From an uncultured Clostridia bacterium (GTDB taxonomy: Bacteria > Bacillota > Clostridia > TANB77 > CAG-508), in contig CANQWH010000002.1 in assembly GCA_947627495.1 (NCBI GenBank), forward strand, positions 1 to 55,592: DNA of 55,592 bases, in the 5' to 3' direction. The position numbers were made by a program, and so were the translations under genes. The notes under the pieces were generated by a model. That model was not told the origin of the DNA. It made no database searches and worked only from the letters and a program-made list of their open reading frames with translations. Below are positions 17,872 through 28,402 of this stretch, piece by piece; position 1 is the stretch's first letter; each line of letters starts with the position of its first letter.

Positions 17872-20316
17872 ATGACATATAAGTTTACAAAAAAGGCAGA
17901 AAAAGCAATTGAAATTGCTGAAGAAATAGCAATAGAATTAGGGCATAATTATGTTGGAACGGAACATATACTATATGGATTAGTAAAAGAAAATACTGGA
18001 ATTGCAAGTAAGGTTTTGGAAAATCAAAACATTACACCAGAAGCAGTTTTAGAAAAAATAGAAGAATTAGTAGGAATAGGAGAAACAAAAAGTAATGGAA
18101 CAATAGGCTTAACACCTAGAACCAAAAGAGTAATAGAAAATGCTTTTAGAGAAGCACGAAGACTAAATTCAGAATATATAGGTACAGAACACATTTTAAT
18201 AGGAATAATGAGAGAAGGGGATAGTGTAGCAGTAAGGATAATGCTTGAATTAAAATTGGATCCTCAAAAGTTATATAATGAAATAATAAAAGTGATAAAT
18301 GAATACGAATCACCAGAACAAAATGGAATGGATCAAGAAAAAGTAAACAAGAATAGCTATAATGCAACTCCAACACTAAATCAATTTGGAAGTGACTTAA
18401 GCAAGCTTGCAAGAGAAGGAAAATTAGACCCAGTAATTGGTAGAAAAAATGAAATAGAAAGAATAATACAAATCTTATCAAGAAGAACAAAAAATAATCC
18501 ATGTTTAATAGGAGAACCAGGTGTTGGAAAAACAGCAGTTATAGAAGGATTAGCACAAGAAATAGCATCAGGAGAGGTACCAGAAAATCTAAAAAATAAA
18601 AGAGTTGTAACATTAGATATATCAGGAATGGTAGCAGGAGCAAAATATAGAGGAGACTTTGAAGAAAGAATAAAGAAAGCATTAAAAGAAGTAAAAAAAG
18701 CGGGAGATGTAATAATATTTATAGATGAAATTCATACAATAGTAGGAGCAGGAGCAGCAGAAGGAGCAATAGATGCAGCAAATATTTTAAAACCATTACT
18801 TGCAAGAGGAGAAATACAATTAATAGGTGCAACAACTCTAAATGAATATAGAAAATATATAGAAAAAGATAGTGCTTTAGAAAGAAGATTTCAGCCAATT
18901 AATGTTGCAGAACCAAGCGAAGAAGATACAATATTAATTTTAAAAGGTTTAAGAGATAAGTATGAAGCACATCACAATGTAAAAATAACAGATGAAGCAA
19001 TAATAGCAGCAACAAAACTATCTGCAAGATATATAAATGATAGATTTTTGCCAGATAAAGCAATAGACCTAATAGATGAAGCTTCATCAAAGGCAAAGTT
19101 AAAGACATATACAGAACCAACAAGTTTAAAAGAAAAAGAGGATAAAATACAAAAATTAACAGCAGAAAAAGAGGAATCAATTGCAACACAAAATTTTGAG
19201 AAAGCAGCAGAACTAAGAGACCAAGAAAGAAAAGAAAAAGAAGAATTAGAAAAAGAAAAGAAAAAATGGAAAGATAAAACAATAAAAAATGTAAGGCAAA
19301 TTACAGAGGAAGATATTGCAGAAGTAATAAGTACTTGGACTGGAATACCAGCTAAAAAGATATCACAAGATGAAAATGAAAGATTAAAAAATTTAGAAAA
19401 TGCATTGCATGAGAGAGTAATAGGTCAAAATGAAGCAGTAAATGCAGTTGCAAAAGCAATAAAAAGAAGTAGAGTAGGATTGCAGGACCCAAATAGACCA
19501 ATAGGTTCATTTATGTTTTTAGGTCCAACAGGAGTTGGAAAAACAGAACTTTCAAAAGCACTTGCAGAAAGTCTATTTGGTGATGAAAATTCAATGATAA
19601 GAATAGATATGTCTGAATATATGGAGGCACATTCAACATCAAAAATGATAGGTTCACCTCCAGGTTATGTTGGATTTGATGAAGCAGGTGGTCTAACAGA
19701 AAAAGTTAGGAGAAAACCATATTCTGTAATATTATTTGATGAAGTGGAAAAGGCTCATCCAGATGTTTTAAACATGTTATTACAAATATTAGATGATGGA
19801 AGACTTACAGATTCACATGGTAGAGTTGTAAACTTCAAAAATACAGTAATAATAATGACATCAAATGTTGGAGCAAGGCTTATTACAGATAAAAAAACAT
19901 TAGGATTTGCAAGTACAAATAGTAATGAAGAATCAAAAGAATATGAGTCAACTAAAAAAGAAGTATTAGCAGAACTAAAAAAACAATTTAGACCAGAATT
20001 TATAAACCGTATAGATGAAATAATAGTATTCCATAAGCTAATACCGGAAGAAATAAAACAAATAGCAGATATTATGCTAAAACAAATAGCAGGTAGATTA
20101 AAAGAACAAAACATAGAAATAACAGTAGAAGAAAGTGCAAAAGAGTTAATAGTAAAAAAAGGAACAGATAGTACTTATGGAGCAAGACCACTAAGAAGGG
20201 CAATACAAACAATGGTAGAAGACAAAATAGCAGAAGAAATAATAGATGGAAATTTAAAGAGTGGAGATAAAGCAAGAATTGTAGAGAAAGAAGAAAAAAT
20301 AGTTGTGGAAAAGTAA
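17872..20316 (+). CDS. clpC: ATP-dependent Clp protease ATP-binding subunit ClpC
   Basis: Clp_N repeats, two AAA+ modules, and the UVR-like [11 protein letters not shown]. Confidence 0.95.
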   Translation: MTYKFTKKAEKAIEIAEEIAIELGHNYVGTEHILYGLVKENTGIASKVLENQNITPEAVLEKIEELVGIGETKSNGTIGLTPRTKRVIENAFREARRLNSEYIGTEHILIGIMREGDSVAVRIMLELKLDPQKLYNEIIKVINEYESPEQNGMDQEKVNKNSYNATPTLNQFGSDLSKLAREGKLDPVIGRKNEIERIIQILSRRTKNNPCLIGEPGVGKTAVIEGLAQEIASGEVPENLKNKRVVTLDISGMVAGAKYRGDFEERIKKALKEVKKAGDVIIFIDEIHTIVGAGAAEGAIDAANILKPLLARGEIQLIGATTLNEYRKYIEKDSALERRFQPINVAEPSEEDTILILKGLRDKYEAHHNVKITDEAIIAATKLSARYINDRFLPDKAIDLIDEASSKAKLKTYTEPTSLKEKEDKIQKLTAEKEESIATQNFEKAAELRDQERKEKEELEKEKKKWKDKTIKNVRQITEEDIAEVISTWTGIPAKKISQDENERLKNLENALHERVIGQNEAVNAVAKAIKRSRVGLQDPNRPIGSFMFLGPTGVGKTELSKALAESLFGDENSMIRIDMSEYMEAHSTSKMIGSPPGYVGFDEAGGLTEKVRRKPYSVILFDEVEKAHPDVLNMLLQILDDGRLTDSHGRVVNFKNTVIIMTSNVGARLITDKKTLGFASTNSNEESKEYESTKKEVLAELKKQFRPEFINRIDEIIVFHKLIPEEIKQIADIMLKQIAGRLKEQNIEITVEESAKELIVKKGTDSTYGARPLRRAIQTMVEDKIAEEIIDGNLKSGDKARIVEKEEKIVVEK

Positions 20317-20322
20317 GTGCAT

Positions 20323-20371
20323 AATTTGGAGAAAAATATAAGTATTACAATATTTTCTCCAAATTATTTTT
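20323..20371 (+). terminator. Intrinsic terminator after clpC
   Basis: AATTTGGAGAAAA...TTTTCTCCAAATT followed by ATTTTT. Confidence 0.8.
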
Positions 20372-20382
20372 AATAGAAAGGA

Positions 20383-21498
20383 ATGAAAATGGCTATGAAG
20401 AATAGACAAAGCAAGTTGCAAGTGAATGTAAATGCAATTCTAAGCAACTATATGAAGATTAAAGAATTACAACCAGACAAAAAAATATTGCCTATTTTAA
20501 AAGCAAAAGGTTATGGTATAGGATTAGAGACAATAGGAGTATTAATAGATAAACTAAATATAGATTCTATCGGGGTAGCAATAGTAGATGAAGGTATAGA
20601 ATTAAGGGAAATTTTAAAATATGATAAAGAAATAATTGTTTTAAATCAACCATCAGTAGAAGAAATAGATAATATATTGGAATATAAAATAACAACAGGC
20701 TGTTGCTATTTTGAATTTATAAAAGAGTTAAATAGAAGGGCAAATGCTCAAAATAAAATTGCAAAAATTCATATAGAAATTGAAACTGGAATGGGAAGAA
20801 CAGGAGTTCAATTTCAAAATTTAGAAAAATTTATAAGCTTAGTATTAGAATTAAAAAATATAGAGGTAGAAGGAATTTATACTCATTTTGCAACAAGTGA
20901 TACAGACCTAGAATACACAAAAATTCAAATAGAAAAATTTGAAGAAGCAGTAGAATACATAAAAAGTAAAATTTCCACAATAAAGTATGTGCACTGTGGA
21001 AATAGTGGTGCAATAATACAAATTAAAGATTTACCTGGGAATATGGTAAGACCAGGAATAATGTTATATGGTTACTTGCCAGATGAAACTTTAAAAGATA
21101 AAATAAAATTAAATCCAAGTTGTATATTAAAAAGCAAAATAACATTTATAAAAGAAGTGGAAGAAAACATAAGTATTAGTTATGGAAGAAAATTTATAAC
21201 AAAACGAAAATCTAAAATTGCAAATGTTCCAATAGGATATGCAGACGGAATGCCGAGAAGTTTAAGTAATAAGGGGAATGTAATAGTACATGGGAAAAGA
21301 GCACCAATAGTAGGGACAATTTGCATGGATAGTTTTATGATAGATGTAACAGAAATTGATAACCTACATATAGGTGATGAAATATATATATGGGATAATA
21401 AACAAATAACAATAGAAGAGATAGCAAAAGAATGCAATACAATAAATTATGAGATTTTATCTACAATATCAAATAGAGTAATAAGAGAAATTATATAA
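20383..21498 (+). CDS. alr: Alanine racemase
   Basis: PILKAKGYGIG (PLP lysine region), YTHFATSD, VPIGYADG, VGTICMD. Confidence 0.9.
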   Translation: MKMAMKNRQSKLQVNVNAILSNYMKIKELQPDKKILPILKAKGYGIGLETIGVLIDKLNIDSIGVAIVDEGIELREILKYDKEIIVLNQPSVEEIDNILEYKITTGCCYFEFIKELNRRANAQNKIAKIHIEIETGMGRTGVQFQNLEKFISLVLELKNIEVEGIYTHFATSDTDLEYTKIQIEKFEEAVEYIKSKISTIKYVHCGNSGAIIQIKDLPGNMVRPGIMLYGYLPDETLKDKIKLNPSCILKSKITFIKEVEENISISYGRKFITKRKSKIANVPIGYADGMPRSLSNKGNVIVHGKRAPIVGTICMDSFMIDVTEIDNLHIGDEIYIWDNKQITIEEIAKECNTINYEILSTISNRVIREII

Positions 21499-21629
21499 GT
21501 ACTAATATTAGAAATAATAAGTGATTATAATAAAATAATAATTTAACAAAATCACTTATTATTTTTTGTTTTAAAAAAACTACAACACAATGTTCTAAAA
21601 CATCTTTTAAAAACTAAATTTCATTATAA

Positions 21630-21652
21630 TTTAAATATACCTTATATTTAAA
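21630..21652. promoter_or_regulatory. Perfect 10-bp inverted repeat TTTAAATATA-cct-TATATTTAAA upstream of the XRE gene (candidate operator)
   Basis: Read from the sequence, about 25 nt upstream of the start codon. Confidence 0.4.
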
Positions 21653-21677
21653 TATATTATTGAAAGGAATTGTAGTT

Positions 21678-21887
21678 ATGGTAAAAACAAGAATAAGAGA
21701 TTTAAGAGAGGATAGAGATTTGACACAAACAGAGATTAGTAAATTATTAAATATATCTCAAGTAGCATACTCATATTATGAACTTAATAAGCGTAGTATT
21801 CCATTAGAATCATTATGCAAATTAGCAGATTTTTATAAAGTTAGTGTCGATTACCTTTTATACAGAACAGAAAAAAAGAGTTCATAA
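21678..21887 (+). CDS. XRE-family helix-turn-helix transcriptional regulator
   Basis: IRDLREDRDLTQTEISKLLNISQVAYSYYE. The ATG follows AAAGGAA. Confidence 0.85.
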   Translation: MVKTRIRDLREDRDLTQTEISKLLNISQVAYSYYELNKRSIPLESLCKLADFYKVSVDYLLYRTEKKSS

Positions 21888-21888
21888 A

Positions 21889-21922
21889 AAAATTCTAGTG
21901 AACATTCACTAGAATTTTTTTT
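21889..21922 (+). terminator. Intrinsic terminator (AATTCTAGTGAA/TTCACTAGAATT plus a T-run)
   Basis: Read from the sequence. Confidence 0.85.
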
Positions 21923-22063
21923 CGTATATAAATTTTAAATTAAAAATAGAAAAAATTATAACAATTTGGTAGGAAAATTAATATAATATATAGTACTAAA
22001 AGAATTTTAATATCAACTGCCTTTTTCACACTAGATTCATGCAAGAAAGGAATGAAATTTAAA

Positions 22064-22156
22064 ATGGAAGAAAATGAAATTATTGATGGAGAAATAGAAT
22101 TAACTCCAGAAATGTTAGAAGTATTATCAAACTGTAAAGAGGAGGGAGAAGAATAA
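22064..22156 (+). CDS. Possible 30-aa acidic micro-ORF (MEENEIIDGEIELTPEMLEVLSNCKEEGEE). Its stop overlaps the amidase start (TAATG).
   Basis: Not in the ORF track because it is shorter than 60 aa. The overlap with the next start suggests translational coupling. The RBS is weak. Confidence 0.3.
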   Translation: MEENEIIDGEIELTPEMLEVLSNCKEEGEE

Positions 22157-23199
22157 TGGAAAAATCAAGCTTAGCAACTTCTGTAGTAGAAGCAAATGCT
22201 AGTAACTATACATCTGGAAGAAAGGGATACAAAATTAGTAAGATTACTCCTCATCATATGGCTAGTGTATTAACTGCAACACAATGTGGAAAAATATTTC
22301 AAAGTGCTAACAGAAATGCGAGTGCAAATTATGGAATAGGAAATGATGGTGGAATAGCTTTATATGTTGATGAAACTAATAGAGCTTGGACTTCTAGTTC
22401 TGTATCTAACGATTGTCAAGCAATTACAATAGAAGTATCTAATAGCTCTGTTGGGGGAGATTATCCAGTATCCCAGGCAGCATGGAATTCATTAATAAAT
22501 TTATGTGTAGATATATGCAAGAGATATAATTTTAGACTAGTATATGATGGAACACCTAATGGTAGTTTAACAAAGCACAATATGTTCTCTAATACTCAAT
22601 GCCCAGGAAACTACTTGGAAAGCAAATTACCAGAATTAGCAGAAAAAGTAAATGCAATATTAGATGGAACTGAAAAAATACCAGAAATTCCTTCATCACC
22701 TGTTTATGCTAGAAAAATAGGGGATACGGTAACCATAAATGGAGTATATGTTGCAAGCAACTCAAACAAAAAATTAAATCCAGCTAGAACTACTGGAACA
22801 ATTACCAAAATAGTTGTTGGAGCTTTAAACCCATATTTATTAGATAATGGAAATTTAGGTTGGGTAAATGATAATGTAATTATTAGTTCTACTAAAACAC
22901 CTTCTACAGAACCAGCAAAACAAGATATAAATGCAATAGTACAAGAAGTAATTGCTGGAAAATGGGGAAATGGAGTAGAAAGAAAAAATAAATTAACATC
23001 AGCAGGGTATGATTATAATGAAATACAAAAAATTGTAAATAACAAACTAAATAATACTTCTTCTAGTAAGAAATCAAATGAAGAAATAGCTAAAGAAGTA
23101 ATAAAAGGTTTATGGGGAAATGGAGTAGAAAGAAAAAACAAACTAACATCAGCAGGATACGATTATAATGAAATACAAAAAATTGTAAACAAAAAATAA
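22156..23199 (+). CDS. Endolysin-like N-acetylmuramoyl-L-alanine amidase (Amidase_2/PGRP), a central SH3-like segment, and two CW_7 (Cpl-7-type) repeats
   Basis: ITPHHMAS...ASANYGIGNDG...AWTSSS...AITIEV. Two copies of GKWGNGVERKNKLTSAGYDYNEIQKIVN. Strong RBS GAGGAGGG. Confidence 0.8.
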   Translation: MEKSSLATSVVEANASNYTSGRKGYKISKITPHHMASVLTATQCGKIFQSANRNASANYGIGNDGGIALYVDETNRAWTSSSVSNDCQAITIEVSNSSVGGDYPVSQAAWNSLINLCVDICKRYNFRLVYDGTPNGSLTKHNMFSNTQCPGNYLESKLPELAEKVNAILDGTEKIPEIPSSPVYARKIGDTVTINGVYVASNSNKKLNPARTTGTITKIVVGALNPYLLDNGNLGWVNDNVIISSTKTPSTEPAKQDINAIVQEVIAGKWGNGVERKNKLTSAGYDYNEIQKIVNNKLNNTSSSKKSNEEIAKEVIKGLWGNGVERKNKLTSAGYDYNEIQKIVNKK

Positions 23200-23318
23200 A
23201 ACTACGAAATTTTCTATAATAGGACTATAAAAAAAAAAGTGGGATCAATTGCATATAAGTGCTTTTAGTTCCACTTTTAATTATTTTCTATTCACCGCAA
23301 ATTGTTAAATTCACACTT

Positions 23319-23393
<75 letters not shown>

Positions 23394-23404
23394 ATATCAG
23401 TATA

Positions 23405-23432
23405 ATTTTATCATATAAAACAAAAAAGTCAA
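23405..23432 (-). promoter_or_regulatory. Promoter of tRNA-Gly (minus strand, TTGACT-16 nt-TAAAAT)
   Basis: Hexamers read on the reverse complement, about 10 nt upstream of the tRNA 5' end. Confidence 0.65.
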
Positions 23433-23576
23433 TAAAATTAATGAAAAAGATGTAAGATGATTAATAGTATCATGAGATAAACTGTACTACAAATTAAAAA
23501 TATACAATACAGAAAAGCAATTTAACCATAAAATTATGTAAAATAAAAATATAAATAAAAAAATTTAAAAAAACTA

Positions 23577-23605
23577 TTGCACACAAAGATATTTAATGTT
23601 ATAAT
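23577..23605 (+). promoter_or_regulatory. Promoter of the sortase operon (TTGCAC-17 nt-TATAAT)
   Basis: Read from the sequence. Confidence 0.6.
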
Positions 23606-23634
23606 TCTATTAGTTTTTTTAGGGGAGGTTTAAA

Positions 23635-24531
23635 ATGAAAAAAATAATTTCAATTGTATTTTTAATTGCAATGATTAGTTTATTATTTACAACAGTAGTA
23701 AATGCTGAAACAACAACATCTAATAATCTAGCAGATGAATTATATGAGTTGGGGGCTAAGTATGGATTAAATGCTGGAGGGAAAGTAGAAATCGAAAGAT
23801 TTATTAGAACATATAATGTAACAGATAACCAAGCAGCAGAAATATATGCAAAAGCAACAGAAGCTGTTAGCGATTTACAAAATGCTGGAATAACAGATAT
23901 TAAAGATGTAACACCAGAATTAAAAAGTCAATTAATAGAAATTGCTAATGAAGCTGCAGGTGTTGTTGGAGCAAAAGTAACATTAACAAATGGAAAAGCA
24001 GTAGTTGTAGGTAAAGATGGAAAAGTATTTACAACAGTTTCTTTTGATAATGGTACACTAGCTTATACAGGAGCTGATACATTAGCAGATGAAATTTATG
24101 CTATAGGAGCTCAATATGGTTTATCAGGAGCAAGCAAAGTTGAAATCGAAAGATTCGTTAAACAATATAAAGTAACAGATGACCAAGCTAATTCAATATT
24201 ACAAAAAGCAAATGCAGCAGCTCAAGTTATGAAAGATGCAGGTGTTACAGATGTTTCAAATTTAAAGGAAGAAGAGAAAAATGAACTAATATCTATAGCA
24301 AATAGCGCAGCAGATGTTGTTGGTGCAAAATTAACATTTAACAATAATAATGTAGTTATTGTTGGAAATGATGGAAGAACATTTACAACAGTTACATTTG
24401 ATAATGGTACATTAACTTACACAGGAAATAATGTAAACATGGTTTTAATTGTTTCTTCAATAGTAGTAATTGCCCTAGCTATAGCAATAGTAACAGTTGC
24501 AATAAAAAAGAGATTATCAGTTAATGCATAG
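23635..24531 (+). CDS. Secreted two-repeat surface protein with a C-terminal sorting-signal-like tail (LTYTG, hydrophobic stretch, KKR)
   Basis: Signal peptide. Internal duplication of about 113 aa. The tail is TLTYTGNNVNMVLIVSSIVVIALAIAIVTVAIKKR. Confidence 0.75.
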   Translation: MKKIISIVFLIAMISLLFTTVVNAETTTSNNLADELYELGAKYGLNAGGKVEIERFIRTYNVTDNQAAEIYAKATEAVSDLQNAGITDIKDVTPELKSQLIEIANEAAGVVGAKVTLTNGKAVVVGKDGKVFTTVSFDNGTLAYTGADTLADEIYAIGAQYGLSGASKVEIERFVKQYKVTDDQANSILQKANAAAQVMKDAGVTDVSNLKEEEKNELISIANSAADVVGAKLTFNNNNVVIVGNDGRTFTTVTFDNGTLTYTGNNVNMVLIVSSIVVIALAIAIVTVAIKKRLSVNA

Positions 24532-25147
24532 TAATGTTAGAGAGACATTAAAAGCAACTATTATACATATAATAGTTGCTTTATTTATTACTGGAATAGT
24601 TATATGGGCAATTCATCTAATTGCAGGAAAACAAATAGATGGAACTATTTCATTAATTAGTAAGGTGTCAATAGATACTCCATATAAAGAACATGAACAA
24701 GAAATAAACTTAATACCTGAGAAAAAAAGATTAGATAGTTATCCTGAATATGGTACACAATATGCAACTATACAAATTCCAAAGATAGATGCAGATTTAC
24801 CAGTATATTTTGGAGATACCTTAGAAATATTAAAAAAAGGTGTAGGACATTCAAGTGGTAGTTATTTCCCTGGAGAAGGTGGATCAATAATATATATGGG
24901 ACATAATTCAGCAAAAGTATTTAGAAGATTTTCTGAATTAGAATTAGGAGATGAAATAACTGTAAAAACATCTTATGGTGAATATACATATAAAATATAT
25001 GATATGCAATTAATACAAGAAACACAAACTGATATGCTACCAATTCAAGACGAAAAAGAAATATTAATGGTATATACATGTTATCCATTTAAAAATATTG
25101 GATATACAACACAAAGATATGTAGTATATGCTGAATTAGAACAATAG
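24524..25147 (+). CDS. Sortase family transpeptidase
   Basis: N-terminal TM. Candidate catalytic residues: His in IYMGHNS, Cys in LMVYTCYPF, Arg in QRYVVYA. It overlaps the upstream gene by 8 nt. Confidence 0.8.
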   Translation: MHSNVRETLKATIIHIIVALFITGIVIWAIHLIAGKQIDGTISLISKVSIDTPYKEHEQEINLIPEKKRLDSYPEYGTQYATIQIPKIDADLPVYFGDTLEILKKGVGHSSGSYFPGEGGSIIYMGHNSAKVFRRFSELELGDEITVKTSYGEYTYKIYDMQLIQETQTDMLPIQDEKEILMVYTCYPFKNIGYTTQRYVVYAELEQ

Positions 25148-25155
25148 GAGGGAAA

Positions 25156-25998
25156 ATGAAAGTACTTGGAACAATAATTAGATATGTTTTAGTTATGATC
25201 TTAACAGTTGCTCTTATATCAATTGCTTTCATAAATATTATTACTTCTACTATTTTAAATAAAGAGTATGTACTATCAAAATTAGATGAAACAGATTATT
25301 ATAAAGGAATATATCAAGAAATACAATCTAATTTTGAAAACTATGTTGGCCAATCTGGATTAGATGAAGATATTATGAACGATATATTAACAGAAGAAAA
25401 AGTTAAAACAGATGTAGATTTAATAATTAGCAATATTTATGATGGAACAAATAAAACTATTGATACAACTGAAATTAGAACAAATTTAAACAGAAAAATA
25501 GAGAATTCTATAGATAATCCAAGATTATTAGTTATACAAAGAGATGCAATAGATACTTTTATAGATACTATTTGTAATGAATATACAAAAACAATAATTC
25601 ATACAAAATATGAACAAAATATTAATAACATATATGTTAAAGTAGTAAAATACATAAAAATTGCTAAACAAGCATTACTAATAACTATTATTATAGTTGC
25701 TATATTAATATGTTTAATATGTTATAAAAACATATTTAAAGGAATAGCAAGTTTAGGTGTTGGAGCTACATCAACAGGTGTGTTTTACATAATTACGAAT
25801 ATATTTATTAATACACAAATAAAAATTAATACAATAACTATATTAAATAGTACAATTTCAAATTCATTACGAAATATAATTGATGATTTTATGGGAAAAG
25901 TAGAAAAATGTGGATTTGTTTTACTAGCAGTTGGAATTGTTTTGATAATATTAGGTAACTTGTTTAACAATAGAAAACGTGAAGCTAAAGGAAACTAA
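25156..25998 (+). CDS. Hypothetical polytopic membrane protein
   Basis: RBS GGAGGGA. N- and C-terminal TM segments. Confidence 0.65.
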   Translation: MKVLGTIIRYVLVMILTVALISIAFINIITSTILNKEYVLSKLDETDYYKGIYQEIQSNFENYVGQSGLDEDIMNDILTEEKVKTDVDLIISNIYDGTNKTIDTTEIRTNLNRKIENSIDNPRLLVIQRDAIDTFIDTICNEYTKTIIHTKYEQNINNIYVKVVKYIKIAKQALLITIIIVAILICLICYKNIFKGIASLGVGATSTGVFYIITNIFINTQIKINTITILNSTISNSLRNIIDDFMGKVEKCGFVLLAVGIVLIILGNLFNNRKREAKGN

Positions 25999-26148
25999 TA
26001 TAATTATAGAATTTATACAAATGAATTTTCTTGGAAAATATGTATATGATAAGATAGAATTATATGATTAATTTAAAAGAAGTATTGTAAATTTATAATT
26101 AAACATATATAATATTTCAAGGAGAGTTACGAAGGTGGAAGGAGAAAA

Positions 26149-26868
26149 ATGGAAGAGTTAGATTTAAAAGAATTATTTACAATTTTTTGGTACAAAAAAT
26201 TACAAATATTACTAATTATATTAATAAGCGTTATTGCTGGTATAGTTTATTCGTATTTTTTTGTGGTTCCTAAATATAAATCATCAACAAAATTAGTATT
26301 AGTGCAAAGTTCATCAACAGTTGAAAATAACGGAAACTCAGCAATTACACAAACAGATTTAACATTAAATTCAAAATTAGTATCTACATATAGTGTAATT
26401 ATGGAAAGCGACTCACTAGTAAGACAGGTTGTACAAGAACTAGATATAGAAGGAATAAGTGAGGGAAATATTAAGAATAATATTTCTGTACAATCTGTTA
26501 AAGATACAGATGTTATAGAAATAACTGTACAAAATAAAAATCCAAATTATGCAGCACAAATTGCTAACAAAATAGCAGAAGTTTTTAGCGAAAAGATAGT
26601 TGAAATATATAATATTAGTAATATATACATTTTAGATAGAGCAGAACCAGATAGTGTTCCAAGCAATGTAAATCATGTAAAAGATATAACAATATTTGCT
26701 TTTTTAGGAATAGTAGTTTCTGTAATATTTGTTTTAGTATCTAATATGCTAGATACAACAATAAAAACAGAAGAGGATATAGAAAAGTGTTCTGGATTAT
26801 TAGTTTTAAGTTCAATACCTAATTATGGTACAGAATTGAACAAAAGAAGAGGAGGTAGAGGAGCATGA
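26149..26868 (+). CDS. Wzz/CpsC-type chain-length determinant (tyrosine kinase modulator)
   Basis: Typical N-terminus (LDLKELFTIFWYKKLQILLI), two TM segments, and its position before a BY-kinase. Confidence 0.8.
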   Translation: MEELDLKELFTIFWYKKLQILLIILISVIAGIVYSYFFVVPKYKSSTKLVLVQSSSTVENNGNSAITQTDLTLNSKLVSTYSVIMESDSLVRQVVQELDIEGISEGNIKNNISVQSVKDTDVIEITVQNKNPNYAAQIANKIAEVFSEKIVEIYNISNIYILDRAEPDSVPSNVNHVKDITIFAFLGIVVSVIFVLVSNMLDTTIKTEEDIEKCSGLLVLSSIPNYGTELNKRRGGRGA

Positions 26869-27626
26869 AAAAAGAATTAATTGTTCAAAGAAGCCCAAAA
26901 TCTCCAATAGCAGAAGAGTTTAGAACATTAAGAACTAATATACAATTCATGAATTCTCAGAAATCATTAAATACATTATTAATTACATCAACAATGCCTG
27001 GAGAAGGAAAAACATGGGTTTCATCAAATTTAGCTATAACTTTTGCACAAGCAGGGAAAAAGGTAGTTTTAATTGATACTGACATGAGAAAGGGTAGAAT
27101 TCATAAGTTATTTCAAGTAAATGCAATACCTGGATTATCAAATTTTTTATCAGGAATAGACGAAACAAATAAAGGTGAAAAAGAAGATATTTATAAATAT
27201 GTTAGACGAACAGAAATAAATAATTTATATATAATAACTTCAGGTAATGTACCACCAAATCCATCTGAATTACTAGCATCTGAAAAAACCGTTAATATGC
27301 TAGAAAAATTAAAGGAAGCTTTTGATATAATAATATTAGATGGTACACCTAGTTTACTTGTAACTGATTCAATTATATTATCTAGAATTGCTGATAGTAC
27401 AATAATAGTAACCGCACATAAACAAACTAAAAAAGACAGTTTGCAAAAAGTAAAAAAATCAATAGAAAATGTTGGTGGCAAAATAGCAGGAGTAGTATTT
27501 AATAAAATACCAGTAAATGTAGCAAAATACGAATCTACATACTATTATAGTTCAACATCATCAAATATATCAGATAAATCAGAAGAAATAATAAAACAAA
27601 TGCAGGACTTTATGAAAAAAAAATAA
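26865..27626 (+). CDS. CpsD/CapB-family bacterial tyrosine kinase
   Basis: Walker A TSTMPGEGKT, Walker A' VVLIDTDMRKG, Walker B IIILDGTP. ATGA overlap with the upstream gene. Confidence 0.85.
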   Translation: MKKELIVQRSPKSPIAEEFRTLRTNIQFMNSQKSLNTLLITSTMPGEGKTWVSSNLAITFAQAGKKVVLIDTDMRKGRIHKLFQVNAIPGLSNFLSGIDETNKGEKEDIYKYVRRTEINNLYIITSGNVPPNPSELLASEKTVNMLEKLKEAFDIIILDGTPSLLVTDSIILSRIADSTIIVTAHKQTKKDSLQKVKKSIENVGGKIAGVVFNKIPVNVAKYESTYYYSSTSSNISDKSEEIIKQMQDFMKKK

Positions 27627-27641
27627 TTAAGGAGTAATAAG

Positions 27642-28358
27642 ATGATAGATATGCATTCACATATCATTCCAACAATTGATGATGGCTCAAGAAGTGTTCA
27701 AGAAACATTTAATATGATTAATGAGGCGAAAAATGTTGGATTTACAGACATAATAATGACTTCACATTTTTTATTAGATCATTATGAACCAACTACAGAT
27801 GAATTAATTTTGTGGAAAAAAAATTTGCAAGAAATGCTTGATAACAAAAATATAGATATAACATTACATTCAGGAATGGAAATATATATATCTAATATGT
27901 TAGAAAATCTTATTAAAGATAAAAGAGTTTTAACTTTAAATGACAGTAAATATATGCTAATTGAATTGCCACTTGCCACTAAAGTTAATTATCTTGATTA
28001 TGTATTGTATTATTTACAAGCTATCAGTATAAAACCTATAATTGCACATCCAGAAAGATATAAATATGTGCAAGAAAATCCTGAACTTGTAGAAGAATAC
28101 ATAGAGAAAGGTGCTTTAATGCAATGTAATTATGGAAGTATGTTAGATCTATATGGAAGAAATGCTAAAAAAACTTTAAAAACATTATTAAAGAGACAGC
28201 AAGTTCATTTTTTAGGAAGTGATTGCCATAGAGAAAAATCAATTTATTTAAAAATTCCAGAATCCATAAAAAAAATAAAAAAAATGGTAGGCGATACATA
28301 TTTTTATAAAATATCAACAGAAAATCCAAAAAAGGTATTGAACAATCAAGAATGGTAA
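27642..28358 (+). CDS. CpsB/YwqE-type PHP-family tyrosine phosphatase
   Basis: MIDMHSHIIPTIDDGS, IIAHPERY, GSDCH. Confidence 0.85.
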   Translation: MIDMHSHIIPTIDDGSRSVQETFNMINEAKNVGFTDIIMTSHFLLDHYEPTTDELILWKKNLQEMLDNKNIDITLHSGMEIYISNMLENLIKDKRVLTLNDSKYMLIELPLATKVNYLDYVLYYLQAISIKPIIAHPERYKYVQENPELVEEYIEKGALMQCNYGSMLDLYGRNAKKTLKTLLKRQQVHFLGSDCHREKSIYLKIPESIKKIKKMVGDTYFYKISTENPKKVLNNQEW

Positions 28359-28402
28359 TTTGATAACGGAGTTATGAAAAAATAAAAAAACATTATATAA
28401 AA

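Noticed and set aside
22945-23190. Two ~95-nt direct DNA repeats near the end of the amidase gene.
   Set aside because: They encode the two CW_7 cell-wall-binding repeats of the endolysin. They are protein-domain duplicates, not a mobile or regulatory repeat.
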